64,000 nt of DNA from Macrostomum lignano. Its lineage: Eukaryota. Shown here one piece after another: positions 47,791-64,000 of the stretch. The position numbers and the translations under genes were made by a program. Location of the stretch: assembly GCA_002269645.1 (NCBI GenBank), contig NIVC01000038.1, positions 496,001 through 560,000 on the forward strand. Reading direction: 5' to 3'. How positions within the stretch are numbered: position 1 is the first letter of the stretch; each line of letters opens with the position of its first letter. The notes under the pieces are model-generated. The model was given only the letters and a program-made list of their open reading frames with translations, made no database searches and was not told the DNA's origin.

Positions 47791-49990
47791 AGGTCTAGTG
47801 TCTAAACGCTCGAACTCCCACTTCCAGACACTTAAGCCCAGGAACAAAATTTTATAATAACGCGAGGTTCTCCAAAAGGGCGTCTTCTTCTAGAACTAAC
47901 GGAATCGGAGTTGTGCGCTCCTATCGGTTAATCTAGGATAACCAAAATCAATTAAATCGATAATCCTCTAAGAGTATCGGAATCGGTCCGCAGATCCTAT
48001 CCAATCCCACTATTCGCACCAGGAAGTTCATAGTCACCTGGTGCCATCTGCCAAAGGTATAGAAGCTTCTCCTAAATAAAGGCCAGTTGTTGACGTGCTG
48101 ATGAAATTTTGAGGTGCAGTGCTGATTGGCGCACAGAGGTGTATTGAGTACAGTATCCCTTATGGGAAGGAAACGTTAAGCATTGTGAAAATCTAACAAT
48201 TAATTTCTGTATATTCGCAATCAAATTTTTCTTAGGTCATTTTTCCCTCGCGGCTTCCTATGGGACGAAGGCTTTCACAATTTGTTAATTGGCCAGTTCG
48301 ATCCGGAGATTAGTCGCGATATTCTCGCGCATTGGCTCGACCTAATGAATGTCAATGGTTGGATTCCACGGGAACAAATACTCGGATTTGAGGCCAAGGC
48401 TAAGGTTTGTCTATATTTGTCTACTTTGCACGTCTCAGCTCATGTGGAAAGTTATTGCGGTCATTTCTGTGACTTTGATTGTTCACAACTTTGGCTGTGT
48501 TTGACATTATCTTTTGGAATTTCAGTGGTCTTTTGAATGCATTACATTACATTACATTGTATAGATAAACTTTTCCCATCTAATCGCAGGTGCCAGACGA
48601 ATTTGTAGTTCAACCGGACACGAATGCGAATCCGCCTACGCTTTTTCTGGCAGTGGAACAGCTACTCCCCTATCTGACCAGGGACGGCGCAGGCAAAGCC
48701 GATAAAGAGTTTCTACGCCGGCTCTATCCCCGATTGGCGACTTGGTATGCATTTTTCAACACCACACAGGCTGGCCTTTTGCCCGGCACGTACAGGTGGC
48801 GCGGTCGCGATTCTAACAAAGTGCATCAACTGAATCCGCTGACACTTTCGTCGGGGCTGGATGATTATCCCAGAGCGTCGCATCCTACTGATGAGGTTCG
48901 TTTAGATTTTCTTTTGCAGCAGTATTTTGATAACTTTTTCTTTGAATCATTTTTTCTCATTCAGTGTATATCAATGCAAGGTCTCTTGTAGAATCAGGGC
49001 ATGACCTTTACACTATGTATAAACGTTGGCAAAGGAAAGTTGGCAAATGTCTCGTCATCTAAGCATTGCATTTCAGAGCGCGTTCAAGCCAAACTGCTGC
49101 GTGAAATATTTTTGATACTATGAGCCTAGCAACCCAAAAAGAGCTTCGTTTGTTTTTTAATCGAAAACGAATTATTTACTCATGTTTAAAAAGCCTTAAA
49201 ATTTGATCAAGATAGGCCATTACAATTGCAGGAGCGTCATCTTGATCTGCTGTGCTGGATGGCCATGGCGTCACGTGTAATGGCTCAAATCGGTTTTGCT
49301 GTTGACGCGCCAGACTGGCGCAAATTTAGCGCCACCTGGGAATCATTGCGCGCCGAGTCGCATTTAGATAAATATCATTGGAGCGAACAGCTAGCATCCT
49401 ATTACGACTATGGCCTGCACAGTGAGCGGGTCAGATTAGAGCGACCCCAGCCGCCGAAACTCAAGCCTGGTCAGCCGCCGCCGCAGACTCCGCCAAAGAA
49501 AATTCGCCGAGTAGACGTTGAGCCACGTCTTGGCCACGTGCCAGGCTTCGGCTACGTTAGTTTATTTCCGATGCTGATGCGACTTTTGCAACCGGGTAGC
49601 CCGAGGTTGGGCAAAATCTTGACCGACCTGGCCGATCCTAAACTACTGTGGACTGCTTACGGCTTGCGCTCATTGTCGCCACAGTCGTCCATGTATAATC
49701 GACACAATACGGAGGACGATCCGCCCTATTGGCGCGGTGCTATCTGGATTAACGCGAATTATCTAGCCGTTACAGCCCTGCGTCATTACGCCAGCCAGCC
49801 GGGGCCGCATCGGGAAACGGCCGCACAGCTGGCTGAGCGGCTTCGAACTGCCGTGTTTAACAATGTGATGAAAGAATGGGACAGCACCGGCTTCCTGTGG
49901 GAACAGTACGAGGATCGAACCGGCCGGGGCCAGCGGACGCATCCGTTCTGCGGTTGGACTGCTCTGGCCGCTCTTCTGGCTGCTGCTTGA
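45311..49990 (+). CDS. MOGS: Mannosyl-oligosaccharide glucosidase (ER glucosidase I, GH63), 6 exons
   Basis: Exons: 45311-45730, 46485-46856, 47094-47596, 48236-48404, 48590-48895, 49232-49990. All GT-AG and in phase. Basic N-terminus plus one TM helix. Motifs: [87 protein letters not shown]. Confidence 0.96.
45750..46390 (+). repeat. 26-bp minisatellite in MOGS intron 1
   Basis: Unit CTGTCACAGGATTGTCACTTATCACA, degenerating rightwards. Confidence 0.93.
47720..47787 (+). repeat. (GA)n microsatellite in MOGS intron 3
   Basis: Direct reading. Confidence 0.97.
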
Positions 49991-51701
49991 TTTAGTTTTT
50001 GAATATTAATTCTTCTCTGAGTTATAATTTAAACTTAACTATCCTACCCCTGTTGGGTAGCAGCTGATTTCTTTCTCTAAACGAGTGTCGGGCCTAGAGA
50101 AAGGGCGATTCTAACGAGCGTCTTAATTTCGAAGCGTCTCCAAAGTCAGCATTGCAAACAGTGGCAATGTAGAAAAAATTCTAGCCCTTTGCAGCATTGA
50201 ATACTGGCGAAAGAGTTACATTGAAACTACAAAACAAAATCTACATTCAAGTGCCGAATTCGCTTAGAAGCTAGTCTTTGTTTAACAAATTGCTTAAATT
50301 AACTTCTCTAGTTTGCTGTTTTTATGCGTGCTTTTTTAATCATTACACTCGTATTTGCATTGCTCGTCTGGTGATTTAGTTTCACACATACCGTTCAATC
50401 TGTCTCTTAAACTGTTTCTTATTGTTCCATCAAGTTGCAGTTTAATATTTATAGTTATTATTTTATACTGAAAGCTATTGTATTTAAACATATGGATTTT
50501 AGCAATTCTGAGCAGTACTGTATTACCAGTTAAGTTTTAGCTAAGCAAATCATTTCTTAATTTGAATCTAGCGTATTTGAATAATGGTGTCAAACAATGT
50601 TAGTGTGTCATAATTGTTTAAAACGTCGTAAACTGTTGTGTTTGTTGCTTTAGTTTCTGGTCTGTCATTCTGACTGTGTTCCTGTACTTTGTCGACATTC
50701 ACTTGTTGTATGTTTCCAAAAATCGGAAGTGAAGTTTAAACTGCCTAAACTGTTCATTCCTTCTGTAATTATTTATCCATCTTTTGGTAAACTTCTCTAG
50801 CTGATCATTGTTTTGTTTTGCCTTATGCTTAGCGTTAAGATAAACATTTTCTGTCTCTCTTGGTTGTTTGAGCATTATTTCTTTCTGCAGTTTTCTAATT
50901 CACTCATGTTTTACGATGCATTGAACTATCAGTGTGTTTTGGTATAGTTGGAGTGTAATACTAGCTTCACAAAAGCAATACTTAACTGCTACAGTTCAGA
51001 ATAGTCATTGGTTTTTTGTAGCGACACTTGAAATGATAGTAAACAAACCGGTACTATGTACTGAGACTTATCACAGGGTCGCATCTCTTATTACAATCCG
51101 AAAATTATAAGCTTAGAACTCCAGCCTTCAATCGCTTTATTTCATCAGCCATTTGAGTTGAATAAAATTTGATGTGTTAAAAATATATGCGTGTTTTAAT
51201 CCTCCTCATGCCTTTTCGTTTATCTTTCAACGATGTAATTTTTGTGATTCTTTTTATCAAGCAATTAGAAACTTTCTTGAATTCTGTAATGACTTAAACA
51301 ATGCCGCAAAAGTTAGCCCAAAGTTGTAGATCTCAAGGTCATATAACTATATTAGCTGCCGTGGCATACTACGAGTAGTACACTTTCTTGCTATCCATTA
51401 AGAGAATAATGATGAGTACAGTGCTCAACTGTACCCTTTATAACCTTGCGATGATTACATCACTTCCCAGGCCATCGAGCTCTTTCTTTAGCATTGACTA
51501 GCAATCAGCGCCCCCCGTTGGGGAGCCAAAAAAATGCAGTACAAGTTTTTTTTAATAAACTACATGTAAGCGTCTCTTTGCATTATACCTTGTAAGCCTT
51601 GACATGTCAGAAAATCCCCCCACAAGCCTTAGCATATCAACCCCCTTGACATCTTAGCAATGCCCCATAAGCCTTGCAATCTTAAAAAATCTGTCAACCT
51701 T

Positions 51702-51764
51702 CTAACCCTAGCCCTAGCCTAACCCTAGCCCTAACCCTAACCCTAACCCTAACCCTAACCCTAA
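51702..51764 (-). repeat. Interstitial telomere-like (CCCTAA)n tract
   Basis: CCCTAA/CCCTAG units. A more degenerate copy is at about 52133-52175. Confidence 0.9.
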
Positions 51765-52637
51765 AGCATTGACATTTCAGTAATTCTCTTTAACAGTCAT
51801 TATAGCACTACAGCATTAAAGCGATTCCCTGCAAGCCTCGACATCGTAGGGATTCCCAAATGAATCTCTTAACTTCGACATGAAGCTTCTTTTATTTTTT
51901 ACATTACGCTTTTTCTATCAGCGATCCCTCCAGTGAGGAGCCAACAAATAAAGAAAAAAAGTTTTCAATAGACTACATGTAGCTTCTGACTTTAGCCTTG
52001 AAATCTCATTTATTCCCCCATGAGCCTTGACATCTCAGCTATTCCCCCGTAAGCCTTGACATGTCAGCAATGCCCCCCATAAACCTTGATATCTGAAAAA
52101 TCCCCTGTTAACCTTGAAACCCGCTAAAATCTAACCCTCAACCCAAACCTGACCTAAACCTAACTTTAACCCAACCTAAAGCCTTGAAATCTCAGCAATT
52201 CTTCTCCCCTAAGCCTTGAAAATTTAGTGATTCTTTCTTCAAGAAACACAGCACTATAGCGATTCCCTCCAAGCCTTGACATCGTAGCAATTTCCCAAAT
52301 GAATCTTTTAACTTCGACATGACTCTTCTTTTATGTATACATAGTGCTTCTTTTCTTTTTTACATGACTCTTCTTCTATAAGCGCCTCCCCCCCGTGACG
52401 AGCCAACAAAGAATGTAATAAAAAAATTGAATAAAGTACATGTACTTTGAAGTAGCTTCTGACTTTTGCTTTGACATCTCAGAAACCCCCCCCCGCGTAA
52501 TCTCAGTTATTCTCCGTGAGCCTTGACATCTAGCACAGTAAGTCTCCCCAGCACAGCACAATAGCTTCATTTAATTTTTACATGACACTTCTTTCATGTC
52601 TGACATTTTTTTTTGTCACTTGATTTTTGATGTCAGT

Positions 52638-55756
<3,119 letters not shown>

Positions 55757-56214
55757 AGTTTTCTTGGCGTTAAAAAGCTTTAATTAAAAAAACTCCACTC
55801 TTTAAAAATTCGAACCATCGTCCCTGCATTTAGCAGTTCAGTCTGTTTACCTCTAGGCTAGCTCTCATCGTTTTGATAACATGAATTCAGCACTTATAAT
55901 TATAAGTTTCAAAACTCCAAGCATAGAGTAAATCACACGAGGCAGTTATTACATAATCAATTTCTCAGTCAGTCAGTATCAGTTAACAATATGGTTGCGC
56001 AATCTAAATCAAGTCTGGTGCTACGCTTCCACACTGCATTTTCAATACTGTGACGCAATTCAAGTCGGAGTTACAATTCAGTTATGATGTAATCCATTTC
56101 AGAATCAGAATTCAACCAGTCAGTTTTTTCTCTAGCATTCTTACAATGCATTTCAAGTCGAAAAGTTTGCTTGACCTTTGCAAAAAAGCATGTTTTTCGA
56201 ATATTTAATCGCTT

Positions 56215-57697
56215 CATGTAAACAATCATAGAAGCGTCATTTAAAAAATCATAGAAGCCTCATGTAAACAATCATAGAAGCGTCATGTAAACAATCATAG
56301 AAGTGTCATGTAAACAATCATAGAAGCGTCATTAAAAAAATCATAGAAGCGTCATGTAAACAATCATGGAAGCGTCATGTAAACAATCATAGAAGCGTCA
56401 TGTAAAAAACCATAGAAGCGTCATGTAAACAATCAAAGAAGCGTCATGTAAACAATCATAGAAGCGTCATGAAAAAATCATAGAAGCGACATCAAAAAAT
56501 CATAGAAGAGTCATATAAAAACTAATGGAAGTGTCATGTAAAAGTCAAAAGAAGTGTCATGTCAGATATGAAAGAAGTGCCATGTAAAAATTAAATGAAG
56601 CTATAGTTCTGTGCTGGGGAGAAGTACTGAGATGTCAAGGCTCAAGGAGAAAACTGAGATTAGGGGGGGGGAGTTCTGAGATGTCAAAGCAAAAGTCAGA
56701 AGCTACTTCAAAGTACATGTAGTTTACTCAATTTTTTATTACATTCTTTGTTGGCTCGCCACGGGGGGGGGCGCTGATAGAAGAAGAGTCATGTAAAAAA
56801 GAAAAGCACTATGTATACATAAAAGAAGAGTCATGTCGAAGTTAAAGGATTCATTTAGGAATTGCTACGATGTCAAGGCTTGGAGGTAATCGTTATAGTG
56901 CTGTAATTCTTAAAGAAGGAATCACTAAAATGTCAAGGCTTAGGGGAGAAGAATTGCTGAGATTTCAAGGCTTTAGGTTGGGTTAAAGTTAGGTTTAGGT
57001 CAGGATTGGTTTGAGGGTTAGATTTTAGCGGGTTTCAAGGTTAACGGGGGATGTTTTAGATTTCAAGGTTTATGGTGGCCATCGCTGACATGTCAAGGCT
57101 TACGGGGGGAATAGCTTAGATGTCAAGGCTAAAGTCAGAAGCTGCATGTAGTTTATTGAAAATTTTTTATTACATTATTTGATGCCTCCTCAGGGGAGGG
57201 ATCGCTGATAGAAAAAGCGTAATGTAAAAAATAAAAGAAGCTTCATGTCAAAGTTATGAGATTCATTTGGGAATCCCTACGATGTCGAGGCTTGCAGGGA
57301 ATCGCTATAATGCTGTAGTAGTGCTATAATGACTCTTAGAGAGAACTACTGAAATTTCAATGCTTTAGGGTTAGGTTAGGTTAGGGTTAGGGTTAGGCTA
57401 GAGTTAGGGTTAGGCTAGGGTTAGGGTTAGGCTAGGGTTAGGCTAGGGTTAGGGTTAGGCTAGGGTTAGGGTTAGAAGGTTGACAGATATTTTTAGATTT
57501 CCAAGGCTTATTGGGACATTGCTGAGATGTCAAGGGGGGAAGTTGATATGTTAAAGCTTGTGGGGGGGAATTACTGACATGTCAAGGCTTACAAGGTTTG
57601 ACAGGAGATTTTTTAAGATTTCAAGGATACATGTAGCTTATTAAAAAAACGTGTATTGCATTTCTTTGGCTCCCCAACGGGGGGCGTAGATTGCTAG
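56215..57697 (+). mobile_element. Inverted, 5'-truncated copy of the same Helitron-like element nested inside it
   Basis: Inverted 23-bp array, the same modules, (TTAGGG)n at 57365-57475, hairpin at 57669-57685 and CTAG|T at 57694-57698. Flanked by a 63-bp direct duplication (56152-56214 and 57698-57760). Confidence 0.8.
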
Positions 57698-58199
57698 TTC
57701 AAGTCGAAAAGTTTGCTTGACCTTTGCAAAAAAGCATGTTTTTCGAATATTTAATCGCTTTAACATGGAGCAATTTCTTAGCCAAGATGCATGTACCGTC
57801 CCAGGAAAATTTCTGATCGAACAGTGCAAGTTCGAAGAAAATCGGTCCAGCCATTTTTTCTCTAATCGATTGCGTACAAACAAGCAAACAAGATTTTCAT
57901 TTTTAGTATATAGGACTTCAGAGGCTCAGCTATCCTTCGCGGTGCTGTCACGGACTGCATTGTTTGAAAGTTTGGTTTGGAAAATCAAATGTTGTGTTCG
58001 CGACATGTCTCACCTTACTCGCGCGAATCACCACTGGAATGTCCTTTTAGCACAAAGAATATGCGTTCAGTTGTTAGGCCGTTCGGTGTAAACTTTCAGC
58101 GTGGTCCAACCGTCACATCAAAGTGTTTGTCGATCAAGACTCTTGGCGTCGAAGATGATGTCACTACTTTGCTGGTAACAACACCTAAAGTCTGCAGCA

Positions 58200-58790
58200 G
58201 TGGCTCTTGACACTGACTTTGATGCATTTGGCGTACGAGTACAAGCATGTGATTTCTCTACGTGTTGAGGCAAATATCGAGTGCATGTTGCATTTTTTGG
58301 GTGGATCTTCCCATGGCGATATGGAACTGTCAGCAGTGTCTTCTTTTACGACACTTCGTGCATATCTTTCCCATGCTGGACATTTATCCCTGCGAAGTTC
58401 ATGTTCCTTGCTACAAAACTTGTATATCCGACCTCATGATGATGAGATTGCACGGATGCTTGACTGGGGGTGCTTATGAACAAAACGAGCTTACTACTTT
58501 CTTCCATTATTTGCAGCTCGCGGCTTCAATGCAGATATCAGTGCGTCCTCTCTCCATGACAGCGCACAGTTCTTTCGTGAGCTCTCAATAGATTCGCCAG
58601 ATGGTCTTTGCTTTCCTCAATGTTAGCTCACTATACCCTCTAGCATTTTCCATGGTTCCAGGATCCCAAAGTCCCATGAGTATCCGGTCTTTATTCTACG
58701 TTAACAAACGTCAATGCTACACGTAGCTACCTTCAGTACAAATTAGGCGAAGCGTATTATGAGTACATGGTATGCGTGTCTACATCAGTC
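58200..58790 (-). pseudogene. Gypsy-type LTR retrotransposon gag remnant
   Basis: Reads LTLRKAKTI, then YKFCSKEHELRRDKCPAW/GKICTKCRKRRH (zinc knuckles) across a frameshift. Confidence 0.55.
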
Positions 58791-59865
58791 CTTTTCCCTT
58801 TCGTTTTTCGTTCGAAATCGATTTCTAAGAAGCTTTTTGATAATAATTTGCCAAGTAATTAGGCCAAGTATACATACCAGTACTTACCTGTTGGTTGCCG
58901 CATGCCAAAAGAAACCGATAAAAACAGTTTGAATCTTAGAAAAAATTGATTAAATTGTTTTCGTATATTTAAAAAATAATTAAACAGCTCTATCTATAAA
59001 GTTTCAAGCTGCTGCAAAAACTATTTTATATTTTTAGAAAGATCAACAAAAACTAAAACTACAGATCAGTACCAGCTGCTTTTTAGAAAATTATAAGTAA
59101 TGGAGTTTACAATTCTCAAGTTTCGAAACTAAGATATGTTGAAAATATTTTTTCAATTCTTAAGGCTAATCACTCCGCCGTAGATACGATCGTATGAGGC
59201 CAAACTTCATGTGATGACAGAAAAAATATATATCAACTTTTATTCTTTTGTAAATCGGGCGTGTGAATTGGTGGCAGTGTGAATCAGCCTTTACTAATGC
59301 TGGCAAATAGATATACATGTAATTATTTAAAAAAAGTATTTACCGTGAACCTAGACCCTACCGTGTCTGGTTCTGTAGTATGGCAGATATTCATAAAAGC
59401 CTCACATAATACCGCAATCAAAAATATAGTGTAAGAAAATTTAGAAACCACAGCAAAATGAGATTTAAAGCGTCTTCGTGTCGAAAAAGACTAAGCCCAA
59501 TAAGTGTACATATATCGTTTTAAAAATAAGTAACACTGCTAAAGCTGCTACGATAGAAAGATAAAACTAAATTTTTGTTATAAGGCAGAAATAATATGGT
59601 ATAGTTTAGGGCTTTTGATTCTAAATAAACTTTGCCGTAGCATTTAAATCTTGAAATCACTCGCAACCTTTTTAAATGATTTTGCTAGTTTCTAGTTATA
59701 ATGTATTCGCTCTGAAATTAGAACCAAAAATATTTTACTGTACTACTCTTGTACTGCTATGCTAATTAATGCAGTAACTGTCTTTAAAATATTTCGGAGG
59801 TGTGATAAACGTTTTAAAAATCCATATAGTTACTGATGTTTTTGTCATAGACGAATCGAATGTCT

Positions 59866-62800
59866 TCAATTTAATGTCGATGTTTTTTGCTGTTTTTGCT
59901 GCTGCGGCTGCAAAATTTTCAGAACCTCGTCCAGCTTGGATTCAATGCTTTCAATTCGCTGCTCCTGTCGATCTATTATATCTTCATTTTTTTGGTTTCC
60001 TTGAACCTTTGCAGGGTCCAGCACCTCTTGCATCTCTTGCAAATCCGTTTTCAGTTCTGACAGTTCTTTGCCCGTGCGCGCCTTCACCACGTCAAAATCG
60101 TTTCTGTTCCACTCGGTGTCGAGCAGCAGGCGGGACCGGCATCGGCGGAACTGAATCGCCTGGAACTTCAGATATTTGTTGTAATCATCAGGATAGTCCT
60201 TCTTGTTCTTCTGCCACCAAGGGATGGCTTTCTAAAATATAAAAGAGAATTTTCGAAATTGCATAGATTTGATTCAACAGATCACGTGTACCCCAATAAA
60301 AAATCGTAAATATTGACGGCTAAAATCTAACTAGCAATTTAAAATCAGTATTCAGTTTTGATCCGATTATGAAAAATTCCTCAAAACAAAATAAATTGAC
60401 TTGAAAATGTCAAATGTTACATACATCATCGTCATCAGCAATTGCGATATTTTTGTCAGCGACTGCATTTTTCGTGCAGCATTTTTTTAAGCATAGTCTA
60501 ACTGAGAACAAAACAAATTTGACGATGTACTCCAGAAAACTGAATGGCGGCGGAAGTAGAGTCAACTGCCGATACTCCTGCAACATCTGGACGAACCGCT
60601 TTCTCCAGACCCCGATCGCCACGCCATAAATCTGTGTGACTCGCAAATTGAACAGTGCAATCAGCAAGTTCATCATCACAACATTCACCAGGCCCATGAA
60701 TAAGAATATTACGAAGTAGTTAAACCATTCATATCCTTGCTTGATGGCGACCTTTCCTAGCTCTGTGCTGTCTGGAGAGTAGCTAAACTCGATCTGATCA
60801 AAGTTGCCGAACAGCAAGTTGAAAGGTATAGTGGCAGCTTGAATAAACGTTTCCCATCCGTTGCTTAGAGTAGCGAGTTTTTCTGTAGGAGTCCAGGCGT
60901 CCGAAAACAGCAAGCATACAAAGAATACTCCAAAACAGCAGAAAATTACGAACAAGACCGCCAGGAAAGGCAACAAGTCGTAAACAATTAGATTCCAAAG
61001 CATGTTAATCATTGGCCCAATGGTTTCGAAGTACGTCAGAAACGTGACGGATCGAAAGCAGAACAGTGAGTACGACAGGCACAGGACAACTTGACTGGGA
61101 TAAGCATCCTGCAGCTGAAAGCCCATATCATAATATAACCATCTTGCAATAAGGCCGGCCAGCAGAAAAAGAATTGCCAGAACATCGAAAATGTTTTGCC
61201 CATCAGCAATGTAGGCGGGAACATATCGCACACGAGAACCGATCTTGCAGTTCTCTCTAGCTTTTCGTTGTCTCCAGATTTCACTCAGTTCTTGCAAGCC
61301 AAAGGAAAGAAGATAGGCGACAAGGAGAATGTCCCGCTTTGGCTCTAAGAAACTGTCCTTGAAATTTATAACGTACCACCAACCAAAGAATGCGAGGAAC
61401 CATACGAATGCGACAAAGTGGATCAAAAACCTTGCTAGTGGAGTATTCAGTCTTAAAAAAATTGACCCGCAGCTGCAAGCGCAGGGGCAGCCGCTCGGAA
61501 GACAGCAGTTTCGGGATAAACATCCCTTTGGCTGCCTCCACTCCGTTTTGGTAACAAAATAGATGCAGTCGGTGGCAAACAGATCCGTGTTGTCAGCTAT
61601 TTTCACCAGATCAAGTATGCTTCCGTATTGAATTTTCTCTGGATTCCCGTCTTTGAAGACTCGGTACGGAAATTTCGGTCCCAAACAGTTGCGATTTTCC
61701 TTCGTTGCTGCTGCTTCGCTATTTAAAGGCAAATGCTTTATTTCACCTTTAATGTACTTAGACAGCTGCTCGAACTGGACGATGCTCTTAACATTAACAA
61801 ACAGCTCATTGAGTGCGTTCACTGCAATGTTCGTGATCTTGCTTTTCAGTTGAAGCAGCTGCTCATGCTTGCCCATTGCATTGGCTCTCATCTTGATGAT
61901 CTCGGGGTCCAGCTGGATGAGCAAGCTGAGGCAGCACGGAATCAGCTCGAACTGTCGAGTCAGAATCAGGTCAGGCAGGATCTCATCAAGCTGATAAATT
62001 GCGGCCAAGTCTAAAAGCGCCAACTCAAAAGTGGGATCCATATGAGTTGGGCGCTTAAATAGCATGTTCTGTTCTTCGTCTATCGTTAGTGTGTCGGTAT
62101 AATGCTTGATAAATAGTTTCTCAGTTTTTCTCGTGATGATGTTTAGGCTGAGTGCCGCGCGAAACAGCTTTTTGGAATTCATTTTTAGTGCTCTGATAAG
62201 AACTGTTATGTCTTTATTTTTACTGTTTGTATTACAGCCCTTTAGTATGGACACCAAAGTCATTTTCGCCGCTGACCTGTTGGGAAGTTTAAGCGCCCTT
62301 TTCGGCCGATCTAGAAGGCACAATATGTCCGTCATGTCGATTTCTTTTTGAGCATTCTGAACTACATCTAAGACTTGACTTGACTTCTGTTTTTTTTTGT
62401 ATTCCTGGACAGCTTGAAGGAGGACGTATAAGTTTCCTCTTTCACTGGCATAGTCAAAGCATGTTTGCCCTGAATGCGATTCGCTCCAGAGACTCAATCC
62501 TTTTTCAAGCAGGCAAATTATATTTTCCTGGTGTCCGTAGGCGCAAGCAAAGTGCAAGCAGGTCTCTCCGTGCTGCGAATCGTTGCAAGATTGTAGCTTT
62601 ACTTTTTTGTTAAGCAGGGTCACTGGAGAACTTTTCGATAACTTTTCAATACTATCCAACAATGGCTGCTCTAGCATGTACCGACCTGAAAATGTGTGAA
62701 TTATGTGAGCGCCAGTCGTTGAATTGACCAAAAGTTTATCGAAGTGACTCCTGGCAGTTTCGTCCACAGCAACTTTATCCAGCAGCTTGCGGAGCACCAG

Positions 62801-64000
62801 AGCATCCAGCTTTGTTGCGTGCAGGCAGTTCAGACTGAGATTGTTGGTGGCTTCCACATCTACTCCCTTGCTGACGAGCAGCTTGAATCGATTCAAAAGG
62901 TGCTGCTCCAAACCAGCATATGTTAATTTGCTCTGCATCAGCGAATGTAGCAAAGTGTTTCCTCCTGCGTCGGTGCGACGGAGCTCATCAGTTGTCATCT
63001 CTTGGATGATTTTGGTAAAGTTCTGTGTCTCGACAGAAGTTTTTTTTGCTGACTCTCCGCCCGAACCAAAATTGTCCATCACGTCGATTGCCAGCTGAAG
63101 CACTGATTGACTTTTGTTATTTCGTCTGCTTAAAGTTCTCTTCATTTCATTTTTATTTTCTGGAAGCATAAACTCTAACAGTTCGCTTTTATCTTTTCTT
63201 TTTGCAGCAATGTGGAAGATTGTGTTGCCCACTTTGTCGGCAGTCTGAAGGTTTTCGACTTTTGTTATCCTCTTAAGCAGCTCTCGAACTGTTTCCAAGC
63301 TGCAATTTTCAACAGCGTAATGAAGAACGGTAGATTGGTGCTTGTTTTTTTCCATGAGACAGTCGGGAAGGTCATTCGACCGACTTTCTGTTTGAGATTG
63401 GTCAGCAGTTTGGTCTTTGTCGCGCTGATTTTGTTCTATGGCGGCTTTTGTGGCGCTTTCTGGGCCCTGAGCCACCGCTGGGTCAGAAGTCTGGTCTTTG
63501 TCGCGCTGACTTTTTTCTACATTTATGGCGGCTTGAACTACTTTCAGAAGCGCAGAATTTTTTTGACCGCTTTCTGGGCGCTGAGCCACTGCTGGGTTAG
63601 CAGTCAGGTCTTTGTCGCTCTTACTTTGTTCTATGGCTTTGACAGCTTCCAGAAGCACTGCATCTCTTCCTGGGCGCTGAGCCAGCGCATGCAGACATGT
63701 GTTGCCCTGCTTGTCCTTTAATTTGTACCAATTCGGCAGCAAATCATCTAAGCGTTTAATAAGTTCGGTTGCTACTTTCTCGTTGTTGTGCTGGAGGGCC
63801 AAGTGTAGAACTGTTTCTCCCAGCTCGTTTGTCTTTTTCAACCAATCTTTTTCGCTCCGTGAAGTCACCTGCAGCAAAAGCTTAATGGCATTTATTTCGT
63901 TTTTAGCTGCGAAATGAGCAATGGTATTGCGATCGATATCTTTTTTGTCAAGTATGTCCTTTGCCTTACCAATTCCGTTAATGATCTCTTTAATAACTTG
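59866..64000 (-). CDS. Ankyrin-repeat TRP-family cation channel with TRPM-like pore, TRP helix and coiled-coil tail (5' end outside the window)
   Basis: Open frame from 64000 to the donor at 60425, then last exon 60231-59866 (GT-AG, phase 0). Many ankyrin motifs (GETVLHLAL, GNTCLHALA, QSTVLHYAV, GNTIFHIAA, GNTLLHSL, GETCLHFAC). Six TM segments, S4-S5 linker IGPMINML..D, S6 NVVMMNLLIALFN, WRKRFVQMLQEY..LPPPF, and a C-terminal heptad region. Confidence 0.9.

Noticed and set aside
48095-48180. CTGATGA...GAAA as a hammerhead ribozyme core
   Set aside because: The required stems I-III could not be formed.
51702-51764. True chromosome end or fusion site
   Set aside because: The tracts are short, mixed with CTAGGG variants, and embedded at equivalent positions in two copies of a repeat element.

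Overview
Repeat-rich eukaryotic (metazoan) genomic DNA with GT-AG introns and TTAGGG-type tracts. The style suggests an invertebrate, possibly a free-living flatworm such as Macrostomum; this is inference only. There are three host genes: Nup107 (+, 5 exons, about 36.96-42.77 kb), MOGS/glucosidase I of GH63 (+, 6 exons, 45.31-49.99 kb) and a 5'-incomplete ankyrin-repeat TRP-type cation channel (-, 59.87 kb to the window edge). The rest is mostly mobile DNA and tandem repeats. This includes a hand-reconstructed, nearly intact 10-exon, 681-aa KDZ (Kyakuja-Dileera-Zisupton) transposase gene (-, 10633-13961), two copies of a dead mariner inside a 4-kb duplication that straddles an assembly gap, a decayed hAT, Helitron-like elements, MITEs, SINEs, a truncated LINE and a Gypsy gag remnant. 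The most notable observations are the spliced KDZ gene, a RIP-like CpA/TpG-to-TpA mutation signature in old repeats, a satellite- and telomere-repeat-bearing Helitron that contains an inverted copy of its own 3' end, and a channel joining an ankyrin N-terminus to a TRPM-like pore and tail. All family assignments come from motif recognition by eye; no database search was run.
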